From: Fibrobacterales bacterium
GTDB lineage: Bacteria; Fibrobacterota; Fibrobacteria; Fibrobacterales; JAOPTW01
NCBI GenBank assembly: GCA_051532035.1
Contig: JAOPTW010000037.1
Coordinates: forward strand, 1 to 64,000
Direction of reading: 5' to 3'
DNA: 64,000 nucleotides
Made by a program: the position numbers and the translations under genes
In this document: piece after piece, positions 50,872 to 61,951 of the stretch
Position numbering within the stretch: position 1 is the first letter of the stretch
Layout of the letters: each line of letters opens with the position of its first letter
Notes under the pieces: generated by a model
The model's database searches: none
What the model was told of the DNA's origin: nothing
What the model saw: only the letters and a program-made list of their open reading frames with translations

Positions 50872-52353
50872 ATGGAAAGTACGGCATGTAGCATATTACT
50901 TGTTGATGACTCAAAAAGAAATCTTGAAATAATGAGAGAGACTCTTGAGATGTCGTATATCCTGTTTGAAGCTGAGGATGGAAAAACTGGGATTGAATTA
51001 GCTCAAAAAATGAAACCAGATTTGATTTTACTGGATATTATGATGCCTGAAATAGATGGGTTTGAAGTAATGGACGCACTGAGAAAAAATCCAAATACTT
51101 CACATATTCCTATAATATTCATAACAGCTAAAAGCAGTGAAGAAGATGTTTGTGAAGGGCTAACCCAAGGGGCAGAGGATTATATTACGAAACCTTTTAC
51201 TTCCGCGAATCTCAATGCACGAGTCGAAGTCCAATTAAAAGTTAAGAAACATCAGGATTACCTTGATTACATGGTAAAAGAAAGGACGCGTAATTATGAG
51301 CTTATGCAGCGCGTTCTTATCGAAAGTATGGGGACTATGGCTGAGTGCCGCGACCCAGAAACCGGCGGCCATATTAAAAGAACACAGAACTATTTGAAAG
51401 CTCTGGCTATGGAGATGAAAGTTACAACGAGCTACGCATCACTTTTAACAGAATCATATATTGATATGCTTCATATGACTGCACCATTGCATGATATCGG
51501 CAAGATTCAGATAGCAGATTCAATATTGTTAAAACCCGGTAAGTTGACTGCTGAAGAGTTTGAGATTATGAAAAAGCATGTGCAGTATGGCGTTGAAATA
51601 CTTGATACTGTTTCAAACAAATTACATGATAAGGACTATTTTACAACGGTACGGGAGCTTGTGGGAGGGCACCATGAGAAATGGGATGGCAGTGGTTACC
51701 CTAATGGTCTCAAAGGAGAAGATATCCCTCTTGCGGGTCGATTAATGGCGATTGCAGACGTATATGATGCATTGATTAGCAAGAGAACCTATAAAGAGCC
51801 GTTTTCACAAGAAGTAGCCGTTAAAATAATTAGTGAAAGTAGTGGGAGTCACTTTGACCCGGTCATAGTAGAATGCTTTTTACGTATTCAGGAAACATTT
51901 CGAAATATTGCACTAACCTATGCAGATTATGATGATGACGTAGTGGGCGCTGAGGCAGAAAATCATAGTGACCTCGTTCATTCTATACTACTCGTTGATG
52001 ATATGGAAATAAACCTTGAAATTATGAAAAATCAACTGGAGTCAATGGGCTATGCAGTGAGGTGTGCATTGAATGGTGCTACGGCAATTGAAAGTTTTAA
52101 TAGGGATAAGCCCGATTTAGTACTCACTGATTTGGAAATGCCCGTTGCTAATGGATACGATGTCGCTGATGGAATACGTAAAAATGACCAAACGACTCCT
52201 ATCTATTTACTGACAGCAAATGATTATAATGTTACTAAGGAGAAGTTGGATAGACACCAATTAAATGGGTATATATTAAAACCTCTTGATGAAACGGTAT
52301 TAAGAAAAATTATAAGCTTTTCAATTGATAGATCTGTGAAAGGTGGTTTTTAA
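50872..52353 (+). CDS. REC-HD-GYP-REC cyclic di-GMP phosphodiesterase (RpfG-like)
   Basis: REC, RDPETGGHI.R, LHDIGK, HHEKWDGSGYP.GL.G..IP, IADVYDAL, second REC. Confidence 0.93.
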   Translation: MESTACSILLVDDSKRNLEIMRETLEMSYILFEAEDGKTGIELAQKMKPDLILLDIMMPEIDGFEVMDALRKNPNTSHIPIIFITAKSSEEDVCEGLTQGAEDYITKPFTSANLNARVEVQLKVKKHQDYLDYMVKERTRNYELMQRVLIESMGTMAECRDPETGGHIKRTQNYLKALAMEMKVTTSYASLLTESYIDMLHMTAPLHDIGKIQIADSILLKPGKLTAEEFEIMKKHVQYGVEILDTVSNKLHDKDYFTTVRELVGGHHEKWDGSGYPNGLKGEDIPLAGRLMAIADVYDALISKRTYKEPFSQEVAVKIISESSGSHFDPVIVECFLRIQETFRNIALTYADYDDDVVGAEAENHSDLVHSILLVDDMEINLEIMKNQLESMGYAVRCALNGATAIESFNRDKPDLVLTDLEMPVANGYDVADGIRKNDQTTPIYLLTANDYNVTKEKLDRHQLNGYILKPLDETVLRKIISFSIDRSVKGGF

Positions 52354-52355
52354 AT

Positions 52356-53204
52356 ATGGACTCTGTTGAAGACATAGAAATGGATCAGCTTATTGAGAGT
52401 ATATATCGACGATATGGGTACGACTTTAAAGGGTATACCATGCCTTCGCTCAGAAGAAGGGTTCATGAGTATGTACGGAAATTAAAATTGAATAATATTT
52501 CAGATGCTATCTCAGAATTATTAAGAAATGAAGAAGCTTTTGAGCATTTCCTTTGCTCTATTACCGTATCAGTAACCGAAATGTTTAGAGATCCTCATGT
52601 GTATAAAAAGGTGAGAGAATTAATTGTACCAGTACTAAAAACATTTCCAAGAATTAATATCTGGCATGCAGGATGCTGTACAGGTGAAGAGGTTTATTCA
52701 TTTGCAATTTTATTAAAAGAAGAAGGATTATATGAGCGCTCTACTATTTATGCGACGGATATTAATACTCAATCGTTAAAAATTGCGGCAGAGGGAATCT
52801 ATCCTATAGAAAATATTGTTCTGGGCTCAGAAAACTACTTGAAGTCAGGGGGAAGGGGGACTTTGTCTGATTATTACCATGCGAAATATGGAAAAACAAT
52901 ATTTAATCAATCATTAAAAGAGAATATAATCTTCTCTAGTCATAATCTAGTACAAGACAGTGCATTTAATCAGATGCACCTTATTATTTGTCGCAATGTT
53001 ATAATTTATTTTACTAAAAACCTTCAGAACCGGGTTTTTAACCTTTTCTCAAGTAGTTTAAATCATAATGGACTGTTGCTACTGGGAACAAAAGAGGATT
53101 TAAGGTTCTCTCCTGCAGTAAGAGACTTTAGTGTTCTATCGAAGAGTAGCAAGATATATAAAAAAGTGAAATATGATGACGGTATTGGAAGCTACTCAAT
53201 ATAA
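52356..53204 (+). CDS. cheR: CheR-family protein-glutamate O-methyltransferase
   Basis: YGYDF, VTEMFRDP, IWHAGCCTGEEVYS, ATDIN, ICRNVIIYF. Confidence 0.93.
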   Translation: MDSVEDIEMDQLIESIYRRYGYDFKGYTMPSLRRRVHEYVRKLKLNNISDAISELLRNEEAFEHFLCSITVSVTEMFRDPHVYKKVRELIVPVLKTFPRINIWHAGCCTGEEVYSFAILLKEEGLYERSTIYATDINTQSLKIAAEGIYPIENIVLGSENYLKSGGRGTLSDYYHAKYGKTIFNQSLKENIIFSSHNLVQDSAFNQMHLIICRNVIIYFTKNLQNRVFNLFSSSLNHNGLLLLGTKEDLRFSPAVRDFSVLSKSSKIYKKVKYDDGIGSYSI

Positions 53205-53757
53205 GGCAATAGCGATAGGCTGTTCAAAAGGTGGATTATCTATTCTACCTCAAATTCTGATGCCGTTACCCGCTGATTTTTCTATTCCGATTATAATAAT
53301 TCAACATTTAAAAGAAGGGGGCGGAGAATATCTGCCTAAATATCTTGATGATAAATGCGCATTGAAAGTGCGGGAAGCACAGGAACTCGCACCACTTAAG
53401 AAGGGATATATTTATACTGCTCCCTCAGGGTATCATCTCTATATTGACAGTGAAAAAACCTTCTCCCTGAGCGTCGATGCTAAAGTGAATTATTCCCGTC
53501 CGTCAATTGATGTTTTTTTTGAGTCGGCTGCCAATGTTTTTACTTCAAGTTTGATAGGGGTACTACTCACCGGTGCAAATTGTGATGGTGCAAAAGGCAT
53601 GGTGATGATAAAGAACAATGGGGGGCTCACTATAGCGCAGTCACTCGAAACCGCTGAGGCTCCGGCAATGCCGGGGAGTGCAATTGCTGAAGGTGTAGTA
53701 GATCATGTGCTGACCCCCGAAGATATTACGAACTTTATTTTGAAATTAACCAGATAA
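53173..53757 (+). CDS. cheB: Stand-alone CheB-type methylesterase (no REC domain)
   Basis: IGCSKGG (Ser), IQHL (His), RPSIDVFFES, LTGANCDGAKG (Asp). Confidence 0.9.
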   Translation: MMTVLEATQYKAIAIGCSKGGLSILPQILMPLPADFSIPIIIIQHLKEGGGEYLPKYLDDKCALKVREAQELAPLKKGYIYTAPSGYHLYIDSEKTFSLSVDAKVNYSRPSIDVFFESAANVFTSSLIGVLLTGANCDGAKGMVMIKNNGGLTIAQSLETAEAPAMPGSAIAEGVVDHVLTPEDITNFILKLTR

Positions 53758-53761
53758 ACAA

Positions 53762-56700
53762 ATGAGAAATGAGATGAAATTCCAGAATTTACCATTCAGA
53801 ATAAAAATTTTACTCAGTATCTGTGTGCCACTCGTATTGGCAACAGCTATTGGCGTTATTAGCATTCTTAATTTGAGGGCACTTAATGAGACTGATAAAT
53901 GGGTCGACCATACATACAATGTTATTATCGATGCAGAAGTATTGTTAAAATCAGCGGTGGACATGGAGACCGGCGAGCGGGGTTATCTGCTTTCCGGTAA
54001 AGAAGAATTTCTTGAGCCATATACTTCAGGTGCCCAGCGAATATATGAACAGTTTATAACTCTGAAATTAGAGGTGAGCGATAACCCTAAACAGGTTATG
54101 CGACTTGATAACGCAGAGACAATTATCAGGGAGTGGCAGAAAAATGTGGCAGGTCATTTAATAGCGCTTCGACATGAAATTAAGAAACTTGAAAAAGCTG
54201 ACATGAGTCTCTATACTGAAAAACAGAAAGAAATAGCAAGCATTGTCGGTCAGGCAAAGGGTAAAGAGTACTTTGACCGCTTCAGGGAAGTCATGGAGGC
54301 TTTTACTTCTGAAGAACAGGGGTTGCTAATGATTCGTCAAGGTAAAGACAGTAATAAAATTAAAACAATAGAGCGGTTAATAGTTGGATGTATTATCATA
54401 GCTATACTCGTCGGACTCTTTTTTGCCTTTTTTGTTACGCGGGGAGTTCAGAAGCTTGTAGGTGGGGAGCCGGCCAAGATTGCCGAAATTGCCCAAAATG
54501 TGGCACGCGGTAACCTTGATGTCTCAATTGATGAAAAAGAGCCAGTCGGAATACTTGGTGCACTGGTAGAAATGATAAGTGTGCTCAATGGAATTGTATC
54601 TGAAGTGAATAATGTTGCATTTGAAGTAGAAGAAGGTAAACTGGACACCCGGGGGGATGAATCGACTTATCAAGGAGGTTGGAAAAATATGGTGCTCGGA
54701 GTTAATAATGTAATCGAAACTATTACAGGGCATATTGATCAAATTCCAAACCCGTTCATGCTTATTGATAAAGAATTCAATATTCTGTATATGAACAAAA
54801 TTGGCAATGAATGGACTGGTCGTTCAAAGGAACAGGCTGTGGGGCAAAAATGCTATGATCTATTTCGAACCCCTGACGGTGGAACAACCAATTGCGTATT
54901 CGCCAGGGCTATGAACAGTGGTAATCTGGAAAGTGGCATGACCGACGCTCACCCCGGTAACATGCATTTGAAGGTTGATTATAATGGTGTGCCTCTCAAA
55001 AATAAATCAGGGGAATGCGTCGGTGCACTTGAAATCTTTGTGGATCAGACCAGCCAAAGGGATGAAGACTGGTTAAAATCAGGATTGAATGAGCTTAATA
55101 ACAAAATGAGTAATGAACAGAATCCTATTGCATTAAGCCAGAATGCCTTGAATTTTCTTGCCGATTACCTGCACGCCCAGGTCGGTGCATGCTACCTAAC
55201 GGATAAAAAAGATGATTTCAGGCTGGCAAGTAGTTACGCCTATAAAATGCGTAGCAATAATTATACTGTTTTCAAGTTGGGAGAAAGTATGATTGGCCAG
55301 GCGGCTTTGGAGAAAAAAACTATTCTTTTTTCCGATGTACCTAAAGAACACATCCCGTTTGATATCAATTCTGGTGTCGGTGATTCCACCCCTAACAATA
55401 TTATTGTTTTTCCCGTAATACATGAACAGAAAGTACTTGGAGTTATGGTGCTGGGAACGGCGTCCCAGTTCAACAACAAAGAGATGGAATTTGTTGAACG
55501 TGCCGCTGGAAGTATTTCCATAAACCTCAGTTCAGCACAAGCACAAGTACAAACGCAGTCGCTTCTTGAACAAACACAGACTCAACAAGAAGAACTCAGA
55601 GTTTCTAATGAAGAGTTGGAACAACAGGCAGAAGAGTTAAAATCATCTGAAGAGCAGTTACAGGTTCAGCAAGAAGAGTTGCGTGTTACTAACGAGGAGT
55701 TGACCGAAAAATCGGAGCTTCTGAGTAAACAGAAAGATGACGTTGAAAAAAGTAATGCAGAGATTAGGAGTTCTCGTGAAGAATTAAAAAATAAGGCCAG
55801 AGATTTAGAATTAAGTACAAAGTATAAATCAGAATTTTTGGCAAATATGTCTCATGAATTGCGAACACCACTCAATAGCATGTTGTTACTTTCGAATAAG
55901 TTGGCTAAAAATTCGGATGAAAATTTAACAGAAAAACAGGTAAAAGATGCTGAGATTGTCTATAAAAGTGGAAAAGATCTTTTAGAGCTTATTAATGATA
56001 TTCTTGACTTATCAAAGGTTGAGTCTGGGAATATGAATATTAATGTAGAGGATGTTGCTATTGCTGATATAGTGTCTAATATGCAGAATATTTTTTCGAC
56101 TATCATGGAAGAGAAAGGCTTGACCTTTAACCTTAATGTAGATAAGCAACTACCACCATCATTATGTACCGATCAGCAGAGAGTCGAACAGGTTTTAAAA
56201 AATCTAATATCAAATGCACTAAAATTTACGCAGACTGGAACAATTGGTATTGAATTTTTTAGGCCAGATAGTTCTGTGGTTCTAAGCTCGAATAGCTCTC
56301 CCATTGAAAATATGGTGGGAATTTCTGTAAGTGATACCGGCACTGGTATTCCTAAAGAGAAACAGCGTGAGATTTTTGAGGCCTTTAGGCAGGCTGATGG
56401 CACTATTGTTAGAAAATATGGGGGTACAGGACTTGGGCTATCAATCTGCAAAGAGATGGCTCGTGTATTGGAGGGAGAAATACAGCTTCAGAGTACGGTT
56501 GATGAAGGATCAGTTTTCACACTCTTTCTACCGGAAAAATGTATTGATAAGCTAGCTATGAATACAGAATTGGTAACTGAAGCTATTGGTAACAGGATTG
56601 AGAGTCCATCAGAAGTCAAAGGATTTATTTCAGGTATCAAAGATGATCGCTTAGAGCTCAGCTCCACAGATAAAGCAATTCTCATTATTGAGGATGATGT

Positions 56701-57838
56701 GAGGTTTGCTCAAATAGTCTACGATATTTGTAAAGAAAAAGGAATGAAATGCATACATACTACGAGTGGTGAAGAAGGTTTGCAATTGGTTCAGGAGTAT
56801 CAGGTGAGTGCGATGTTACTTGATATCAAGTTACCGGGTATCGATGGCTGGGAGGTGTTAAAACGTCTTAAATATAGCTCTCATGCAAAACATATTCCTG
56901 TACATATCATGTCGGTAAATGATAAGCCAGGTGATTATTTCAATAAGGGTGTAATAGGGTATTTACAGAAACCCGCATCTTCTGAAGCATTGGAAAAAGC
57001 ACTTTCACAACTCTCAAATGTAGCCACTGATACTCCTAAAAAATTGTTGGTTTGTGAAGATCAAAGTGAAGTAGCAGAACAATTAATTGAAACGTTTAGT
57101 GGATTGGATGTTGAAATTGATATTGCTAAAAATGGTATGGAAGGGTTACAAAAAATTCAAGCAAATAGTTATGATAGTATAATTCTTGATTTAATGCTCC
57201 CTGATATTACTGGACTTGAACTTTTAAAAAAACTGGATACCATAGAGGGATTTCATCTCCCACCGGTAATTATTCATACCGCAAAAAGTCTAACCGCACA
57301 GGAGTCATTTGAGCTCAGTAAATACGCCAGCTCAATGATAACTAAAGAGGGGGAGTCGCAGGATCGGCTCGTTGATGAAGTCTCACTCTTTCTTCATGCG
57401 ATTAATAGTACCTCCGAATCTCATGGCACTGTTCCCTATGTCATTGTAGATGATAAAAAAGTATTTGAAGGGAAAAAAATAATGATTGTGGATGATGATG
57501 CGAGAAACATATACTCGGTTATATCTGTACTCGAAGAGTATAAAATGAATTTTGTTAAAGCACAAAATGGTAAGATGGCATTGAAAGAGTTAGAGAATCA
57601 CCCTGATATTGATGTTGTTTTAATGGATATTATGATGCCCGAAATGGATGGCTATGAAGCGACAAGAAAAATACGTGAAATGCCCAATTATAAAACATTA
57701 CCCATTATCGCATTGACTGCAAAGGGGATGAAAAAAGATCGTCAATTATGCCTTGAGGCTGGAGTGACAGACTACCTAATGAAACCCATAGATGCTGATA
57801 AATTGTTGTCAACAATGAGAGTGTGTTTGCATTCATAA
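53762..57838 (+). CDS. CHASE3-HAMP-PAS-GAF hybrid histidine kinase with three REC domains
   Basis: DMETGERGYLL CHASE3, QQEELR..NEEL coil, FLANMSHELRTPLN, GGTGLGL, three receivers. Confidence 0.93.
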   Translation: MRNEMKFQNLPFRIKILLSICVPLVLATAIGVISILNLRALNETDKWVDHTYNVIIDAEVLLKSAVDMETGERGYLLSGKEEFLEPYTSGAQRIYEQFITLKLEVSDNPKQVMRLDNAETIIREWQKNVAGHLIALRHEIKKLEKADMSLYTEKQKEIASIVGQAKGKEYFDRFREVMEAFTSEEQGLLMIRQGKDSNKIKTIERLIVGCIIIAILVGLFFAFFVTRGVQKLVGGEPAKIAEIAQNVARGNLDVSIDEKEPVGILGALVEMISVLNGIVSEVNNVAFEVEEGKLDTRGDESTYQGGWKNMVLGVNNVIETITGHIDQIPNPFMLIDKEFNILYMNKIGNEWTGRSKEQAVGQKCYDLFRTPDGGTTNCVFARAMNSGNLESGMTDAHPGNMHLKVDYNGVPLKNKSGECVGALEIFVDQTSQRDEDWLKSGLNELNNKMSNEQNPIALSQNALNFLADYLHAQVGACYLTDKKDDFRLASSYAYKMRSNNYTVFKLGESMIGQAALEKKTILFSDVPKEHIPFDINSGVGDSTPNNIIVFPVIHEQKVLGVMVLGTASQFNNKEMEFVERAAGSISINLSSAQAQVQTQSLLEQTQTQQEELRVSNEELEQQAEELKSSEEQLQVQQEELRVTNEELTEKSELLSKQKDDVEKSNAEIRSSREELKNKARDLELSTKYKSEFLANMSHELRTPLNSMLLLSNKLAKNSDENLTEKQVKDAEIVYKSGKDLLELINDILDLSKVESGNMNINVEDVAIADIVSNMQNIFSTIMEEKGLTFNLNVDKQLPPSLCTDQQRVEQVLKNLISNALKFTQTGTIGIEFFRPDSSVVLSSNSSPIENMVGISVSDTGTGIPKEKQREIFEAFRQADGTIVRKYGGTGLGLSICKEMARVLEGEIQLQSTVDEGSVFTLFLPEKCIDKLAMNTELVTEAIGNRIESPSEVKGFISGIKDDRLELSSTDKAILIIEDDVRFAQIVYDICKEKGMKCIHTTSGEEGLQLVQEYQVSAMLLDIKLPGIDGWEVLKRLKYSSHAKHIPVHIMSVNDKPGDYFNKGVIGYLQKPASSEALEKALSQLSNVATDTPKKLLVCEDQSEVAEQLIETFSGLDVEIDIAKNGMEGLQKIQANSYDSIILDLMLPDITGLELLKKLDTIEGFHLPPVIIHTAKSLTAQESFELSKYASSMITKEGESQDRLVDEVSLFLHAINSTSESHGTVPYVIVDDKKVFEGKKIMIVDDDARNIYSVISVLEEYKMNFVKAQNGKMALKELENHPDIDVVLMDIMMPEMDGYEATRKIREMPNYKTLPIIALTAKGMKKDRQLCLEAGVTDYLMKPIDADKLLSTMRVCLHS

Positions 57839-57852
57839 TGGAAGGGGGAATA

Positions 57853-60306
57853 ATGAGCTATCCAAAAGTGTTAATTGTTGATGATAAATCTGAAAATTTA
57901 ATAGTGCTTGAAAGAGTATTGGAAGATTTGGATGTTGAATTGATTAAAGCAACCTCCGGAAATGAGTCGATTTTTAAAGCGCTGGAACTTGATTTTGCCA
58001 TTATTATCATGGATGTACAAATGCCCAATATGGATGGTTTTGAAGCTGCAGAGCTGATTCGGAAAGAGGAGAAAAATAGAAATATTCCAATCATTTTTCT
58101 TTCCGCTGTATTTCATGATGACTATTATAAAATAAAGGGTGTAGTGGCTGGTGGCATAGATTTTCTTTCCAAACCTATTATTGAGGAGTTGTTACTGGGT
58201 AAGGTTAAAATGTTTCTTAGACTCTATGAAAACCAGAGGGCTATTCAGGAGTACGCCAAAAAAGTAGAGCAAATGAGTGCATACAAATCTGAATTTCTTG
58301 CAAATATGAGTCATGAGATTAGGACACCAATGAATGCCATTATAGGATTAAGTCAACTGGCGTTGCAGACAGAGATGACCCCTAAGCAACATGATTATTT
58401 GGCAAAAATTGATATGTCCGCACATTCCTTACTCGGAATTATCAATGACATTCTCGATTTTTCAAAAATTGAAGCTGGAAAACTCGATATTGAAGTGGTG
58501 GACTTTAATATCGAAGAGGTCATAACAAATGTTTTTGATCAAGTTATGTTTAAAATAGAAGAGAAAAATCTTGAATTATTGTATCATGCTCCCGTTGATG
58601 TGAGCTTAAGCTTACGAGGGGATCCGTTACGGTTAGGACAAATATTGTTAAACCTTATCAATAATGCAATTAAATTTACCGAGGAAGGTAAGGTTATTGT
58701 CTCAATAACAGTTATGGAAGTTACCGGTTCTAATGTTTCACTTGAGTTTTCGGTTAAAGATACGGGAATAGGGATGAATCCTGAACAACAAAAAAAGTTA
58801 TTTGCTCCCTTTACCCAGGCTGACATTTCGAGCACTCGAAAGTATGGAGGGACAGGGTTAGGATTATCTATATGTAAAAAGCTTGTTGAGATGATGGGGG
58901 GCACAATCTCTTTGAAATCGACTGAAGAAGTAGGGAGCACTTTTAGCTTTACTATTGCCTTAGAAAAATCAGCAGCACAAGAATTAATGATACCAAGAAA
59001 TGCTTCACAACTTAAAGAGAAGCACTTACTGCTTGTTGCTGAAGGTGTTGAGTCACTGAGTTTTTTATATGAAATGCTAAATTCTATGTTTGATCATATA
59101 GATACGAGTCTTTCTATAGGCGATGCCTTATTGAAGTTGGAGACTGTTTCAATAATCAATGAATCATATGATCTTATAATAGTAGATTCTAATGTAGAGA
59201 AGAGTAGTGGGGGTGCCTTTATTCGGTCTCTTGAAGCAAATACAAAAATTGATACAAAACCTCTGAGTATATTATTGACATCGAGTAGAGGCGACAAAGA
59301 AGTCCATGGTAATGATTGTAAAGGGGTTTCGGGCGTTGTAACAAAACCGGTAACTCCATCGAATCTTTTTAATGTTATTATGGAAGTATTTCATCTTAAA
59401 CATAAAATAGTGGTAAAACCCTCCATTAAAGGACCTATTGAAAATCGAGACTTAGAACCATATTTAGGGGCTCGAATTTTACTTGTTGAGGATAATGAAA
59501 TAAACCAGCAAATAGCAAATGAGTTTTTAACGAATGCAGGTTTTAACGTAGAAATTGTCGATAGTGGTGATAAAGCAATTCGGACAGTACAGGAAAATGA
59601 ATATCATCTGATACTTATGGATGTTCAGATGCCAGGAAAAGATGGGTATGATACTACCCGGGAGATACGTCAGTTGACCTCAGAAGCTAAGGATGTCGTT
59701 ATTATAGCAATGACCGCCCATGCACTTAAAGGGGATGCTGAAAGAAGTATTGAGGCTGGAATGAATGATCATGTTACAAAGCCAATAGATACCGATGAAC
59801 TTTTTAGAGTTTTAATTAAGTGGTTAGAAAAAATATTTGTTAAAACAACTATTCAGAGGGAAGATAAAGGCAATGGTATCAGTTCTTATAAAAAGAAAAT
59901 AATTCCTATGAAATTTAAAGGAATAGATGTAACGGCTGGCCTTAAAAATATTAATGGTAATCAAGTATTATTTAAAAAACTAATGAAAATGTTTAGGGAC
60001 AAGCATGCTGACACAGCGAACGAAATAGTAAACGCTCTCAATAGTGAGAATAATCAAGCTGTCATGGATATGGTTCATTCTATGATAGGTATAGCGGGGA
60101 ACCTTGGGGCGACAGGACTTTTGAAAGTTGCCCAAGAATTTGATTCGTCTCTTAGGCAAGGTGAAACAAATCAGTATAGTGCTTTCGCGAAGGAATTTAA
60201 GAGAGAGTTTGAATTGGTATTAGGGGCCGCGTCATTGATTTGCGAGATGGAGGTCATTCCTGTTGAAGAGAACGGTGTTGAACCTGATCGCCGGGTGGGC
60301 AATTGA
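57853..60306 (+). CDS. REC-HisKA-HATPase-REC-REC-Hpt hybrid histidine kinase
   Basis: N-terminal REC, FLANMSHEIRTPMN, degenerate middle REC, ILLVEDNEINQ, Hpt VHSMIGIAGNLGA. Confidence 0.92.
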   Translation: MSYPKVLIVDDKSENLIVLERVLEDLDVELIKATSGNESIFKALELDFAIIIMDVQMPNMDGFEAAELIRKEEKNRNIPIIFLSAVFHDDYYKIKGVVAGGIDFLSKPIIEELLLGKVKMFLRLYENQRAIQEYAKKVEQMSAYKSEFLANMSHEIRTPMNAIIGLSQLALQTEMTPKQHDYLAKIDMSAHSLLGIINDILDFSKIEAGKLDIEVVDFNIEEVITNVFDQVMFKIEEKNLELLYHAPVDVSLSLRGDPLRLGQILLNLINNAIKFTEEGKVIVSITVMEVTGSNVSLEFSVKDTGIGMNPEQQKKLFAPFTQADISSTRKYGGTGLGLSICKKLVEMMGGTISLKSTEEVGSTFSFTIALEKSAAQELMIPRNASQLKEKHLLLVAEGVESLSFLYEMLNSMFDHIDTSLSIGDALLKLETVSIINESYDLIIVDSNVEKSSGGAFIRSLEANTKIDTKPLSILLTSSRGDKEVHGNDCKGVSGVVTKPVTPSNLFNVIMEVFHLKHKIVVKPSIKGPIENRDLEPYLGARILLVEDNEINQQIANEFLTNAGFNVEIVDSGDKAIRTVQENEYHLILMDVQMPGKDGYDTTREIRQLTSEAKDVVIIAMTAHALKGDAERSIEAGMNDHVTKPIDTDELFRVLIKWLEKIFVKTTIQREDKGNGISSYKKKIIPMKFKGIDVTAGLKNINGNQVLFKKLMKMFRDKHADTANEIVNALNSENNQAVMDMVHSMIGIAGNLGATGLLKVAQEFDSSLRQGETNQYSAFAKEFKREFELVLGAASLICEMEVIPVEENGVEPDRRVGN

Positions 60307-60499
60307 AAGGCGAACAGGAAGTGACATTAGTTATTGAATATCTTACCGATATCAATGTAGGGGAGTATATCGATGAATGGAGAAAGCTCTCATAAGTGCA
60401 ACCACCATTTTGACAGTAACCATACCAGGGGATTAAGGTGCTGTCTATTTAATTAAGCCAATAAGATCTTTAATTTTGCCGAGAAGTCTAGAGTGTGAC

Positions 60500-61951
60500 C
60501 TATTCCTCCGATACATTTTGAATACACCGCACCGAAAGTGCGTAAGATTTACTGATGCTTGTACCATAAAAAGAGGTGCCGCTGGTCAGTGTTCTTTTGT
60601 ATGCATGGGTTGAGTCAGACTCTGATGTACTCCACCAGTTGCATTCAATACCCAGGTAGTCGTACTCTGAGTTATTGCGATACCCTCCGGGAATAGCAGA
60701 AAAATTAAAATCATTGGTGGCGGTATTCCAGATTGATGCGAGTTTTAGTCTGTTGGCAGTGTTCCTTGAATACTGGGAGTTGCTCACGACTGCGGTATCA
60801 TTTTCGGAAGTAATAGTGGTTAGACTGAATTGAGGGGCGTTGTTTGCATATTCTTTGAGTATATTCCACTCGTCATGAGAGGGTAGGTGCCAGTTCTCTG
60901 GGCATAGTCCCTGGTAATCTTCAGATGGGTCGCCTATGGTTGAATCGCTAAAAACCAATGAATCAATTGCCATGGCGATTGCCCATGGATAGAGCCGGCC
61001 ATACGTATTGCATTTTTCTGAATCATTATTATAGCAGGTTGAGGATTCTGTATCATAGTTTAAATTCTCAGACATCCAAATTTGTGTTCCTATTCTGGCC
61101 CAGGTATATTCAATGTTGTCGCGTGAGTCGGTAACGGTACCAATGATATCTGCTTGTTCTAGCTCTTTGTCTGAAACTGATGCGTCTTTAAATAGTTTAT
61201 ACGGTACTCCTGCGGTATGGAGTTCTTCAATATCCACTCCGGCCTCAATAAGGTCAGTTACTCCTGCGCCACCATACAGCAGATCCCTCACAGAGATCCC
61301 CGCAGATAACAGGTAGTCAGCATCGATCCCGACATTCAGAAGGTTGGTTACTATAGGTGACGTGTTAGTGTCGGTGTTCATAATCTTCCAGTGCTCGGAT
61401 TGTTTTTTATAGTACATCTGCTCGGTGATGTCTAAATAGGTATCCCCGTATTCTCCCATATAATCCGTCGGTGGTGCGATACCCGACAGAAATGTAGTAC
61501 CGTCTTCACCTAGGTTGCCATCCTCTCCATTTTTACCATCCTCTCCATCCTCACCGTTGTCTCCATTCTTACCATTTTTTCCGTTCTTTCCATCTTCACC
61601 GTTGTCACCATCGATACCATTTTCTCCATCACTGCCACTTTTTCCATTGTTTCCGTCGGTGATTGTGATGTAAGTCCCATCGTCGCAGGATACAATTTTT
61701 ATATCAGCATCATCTTCGTCTTCTGTGACAGAACATGAACTTCCATCATCTCCGGTTTTGCCTCTAGTTCCATTGTCGCCATTAGTGAGTGTATCTGCTA
61801 CGATACCCCCGCACGAAATTTCAATTCCTTCTGAAATTGATTGTGCAATACATGACGTTCCGTCCTTGGATTCACTTGAATCATCAAGTAAGCATGATGT
61901 GAGAGTGACACACAGTACTGATATGAGAGATAATTTTATTTTGTTAAACAC
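60500..61951 (-). CDS. FISUMP-domain lipoprotein with collagen-like Gly-X-Y repeats
   Basis: LTSC lipobox, G(E/K)(D/N) repeats, IGTQIWMSENLNY, YGRLY.W, CPENWHLP, SVRCI. Confidence 0.9.
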   Translation of the reverse strand: MFNKIKLSLISVLCVTLTSCLLDDSSESKDGTSCIAQSISEGIEISCGGIVADTLTNGDNGTRGKTGDDGSSCSVTEDEDDADIKIVSCDDGTYITITDGNNGKSGSDGENGIDGDNGEDGKNGKNGKNGDNGEDGEDGKNGEDGNLGEDGTTFLSGIAPPTDYMGEYGDTYLDITEQMYYKKQSEHWKIMNTDTNTSPIVTNLLNVGIDADYLLSAGISVRDLLYGGAGVTDLIEAGVDIEELHTAGVPYKLFKDASVSDKELEQADIIGTVTDSRDNIEYTWARIGTQIWMSENLNYDTESSTCYNNDSEKCNTYGRLYPWAIAMAIDSLVFSDSTIGDPSEDYQGLCPENWHLPSHDEWNILKEYANNAPQFSLTTITSENDTAVVSNSQYSRNTANRLKLASIWNTATNDFNFSAIPGGYRNNSEYDYLGIECNWWSTSESDSTHAYKRTLTSGTSFYGTSISKSYALSVRCIQNVSEE

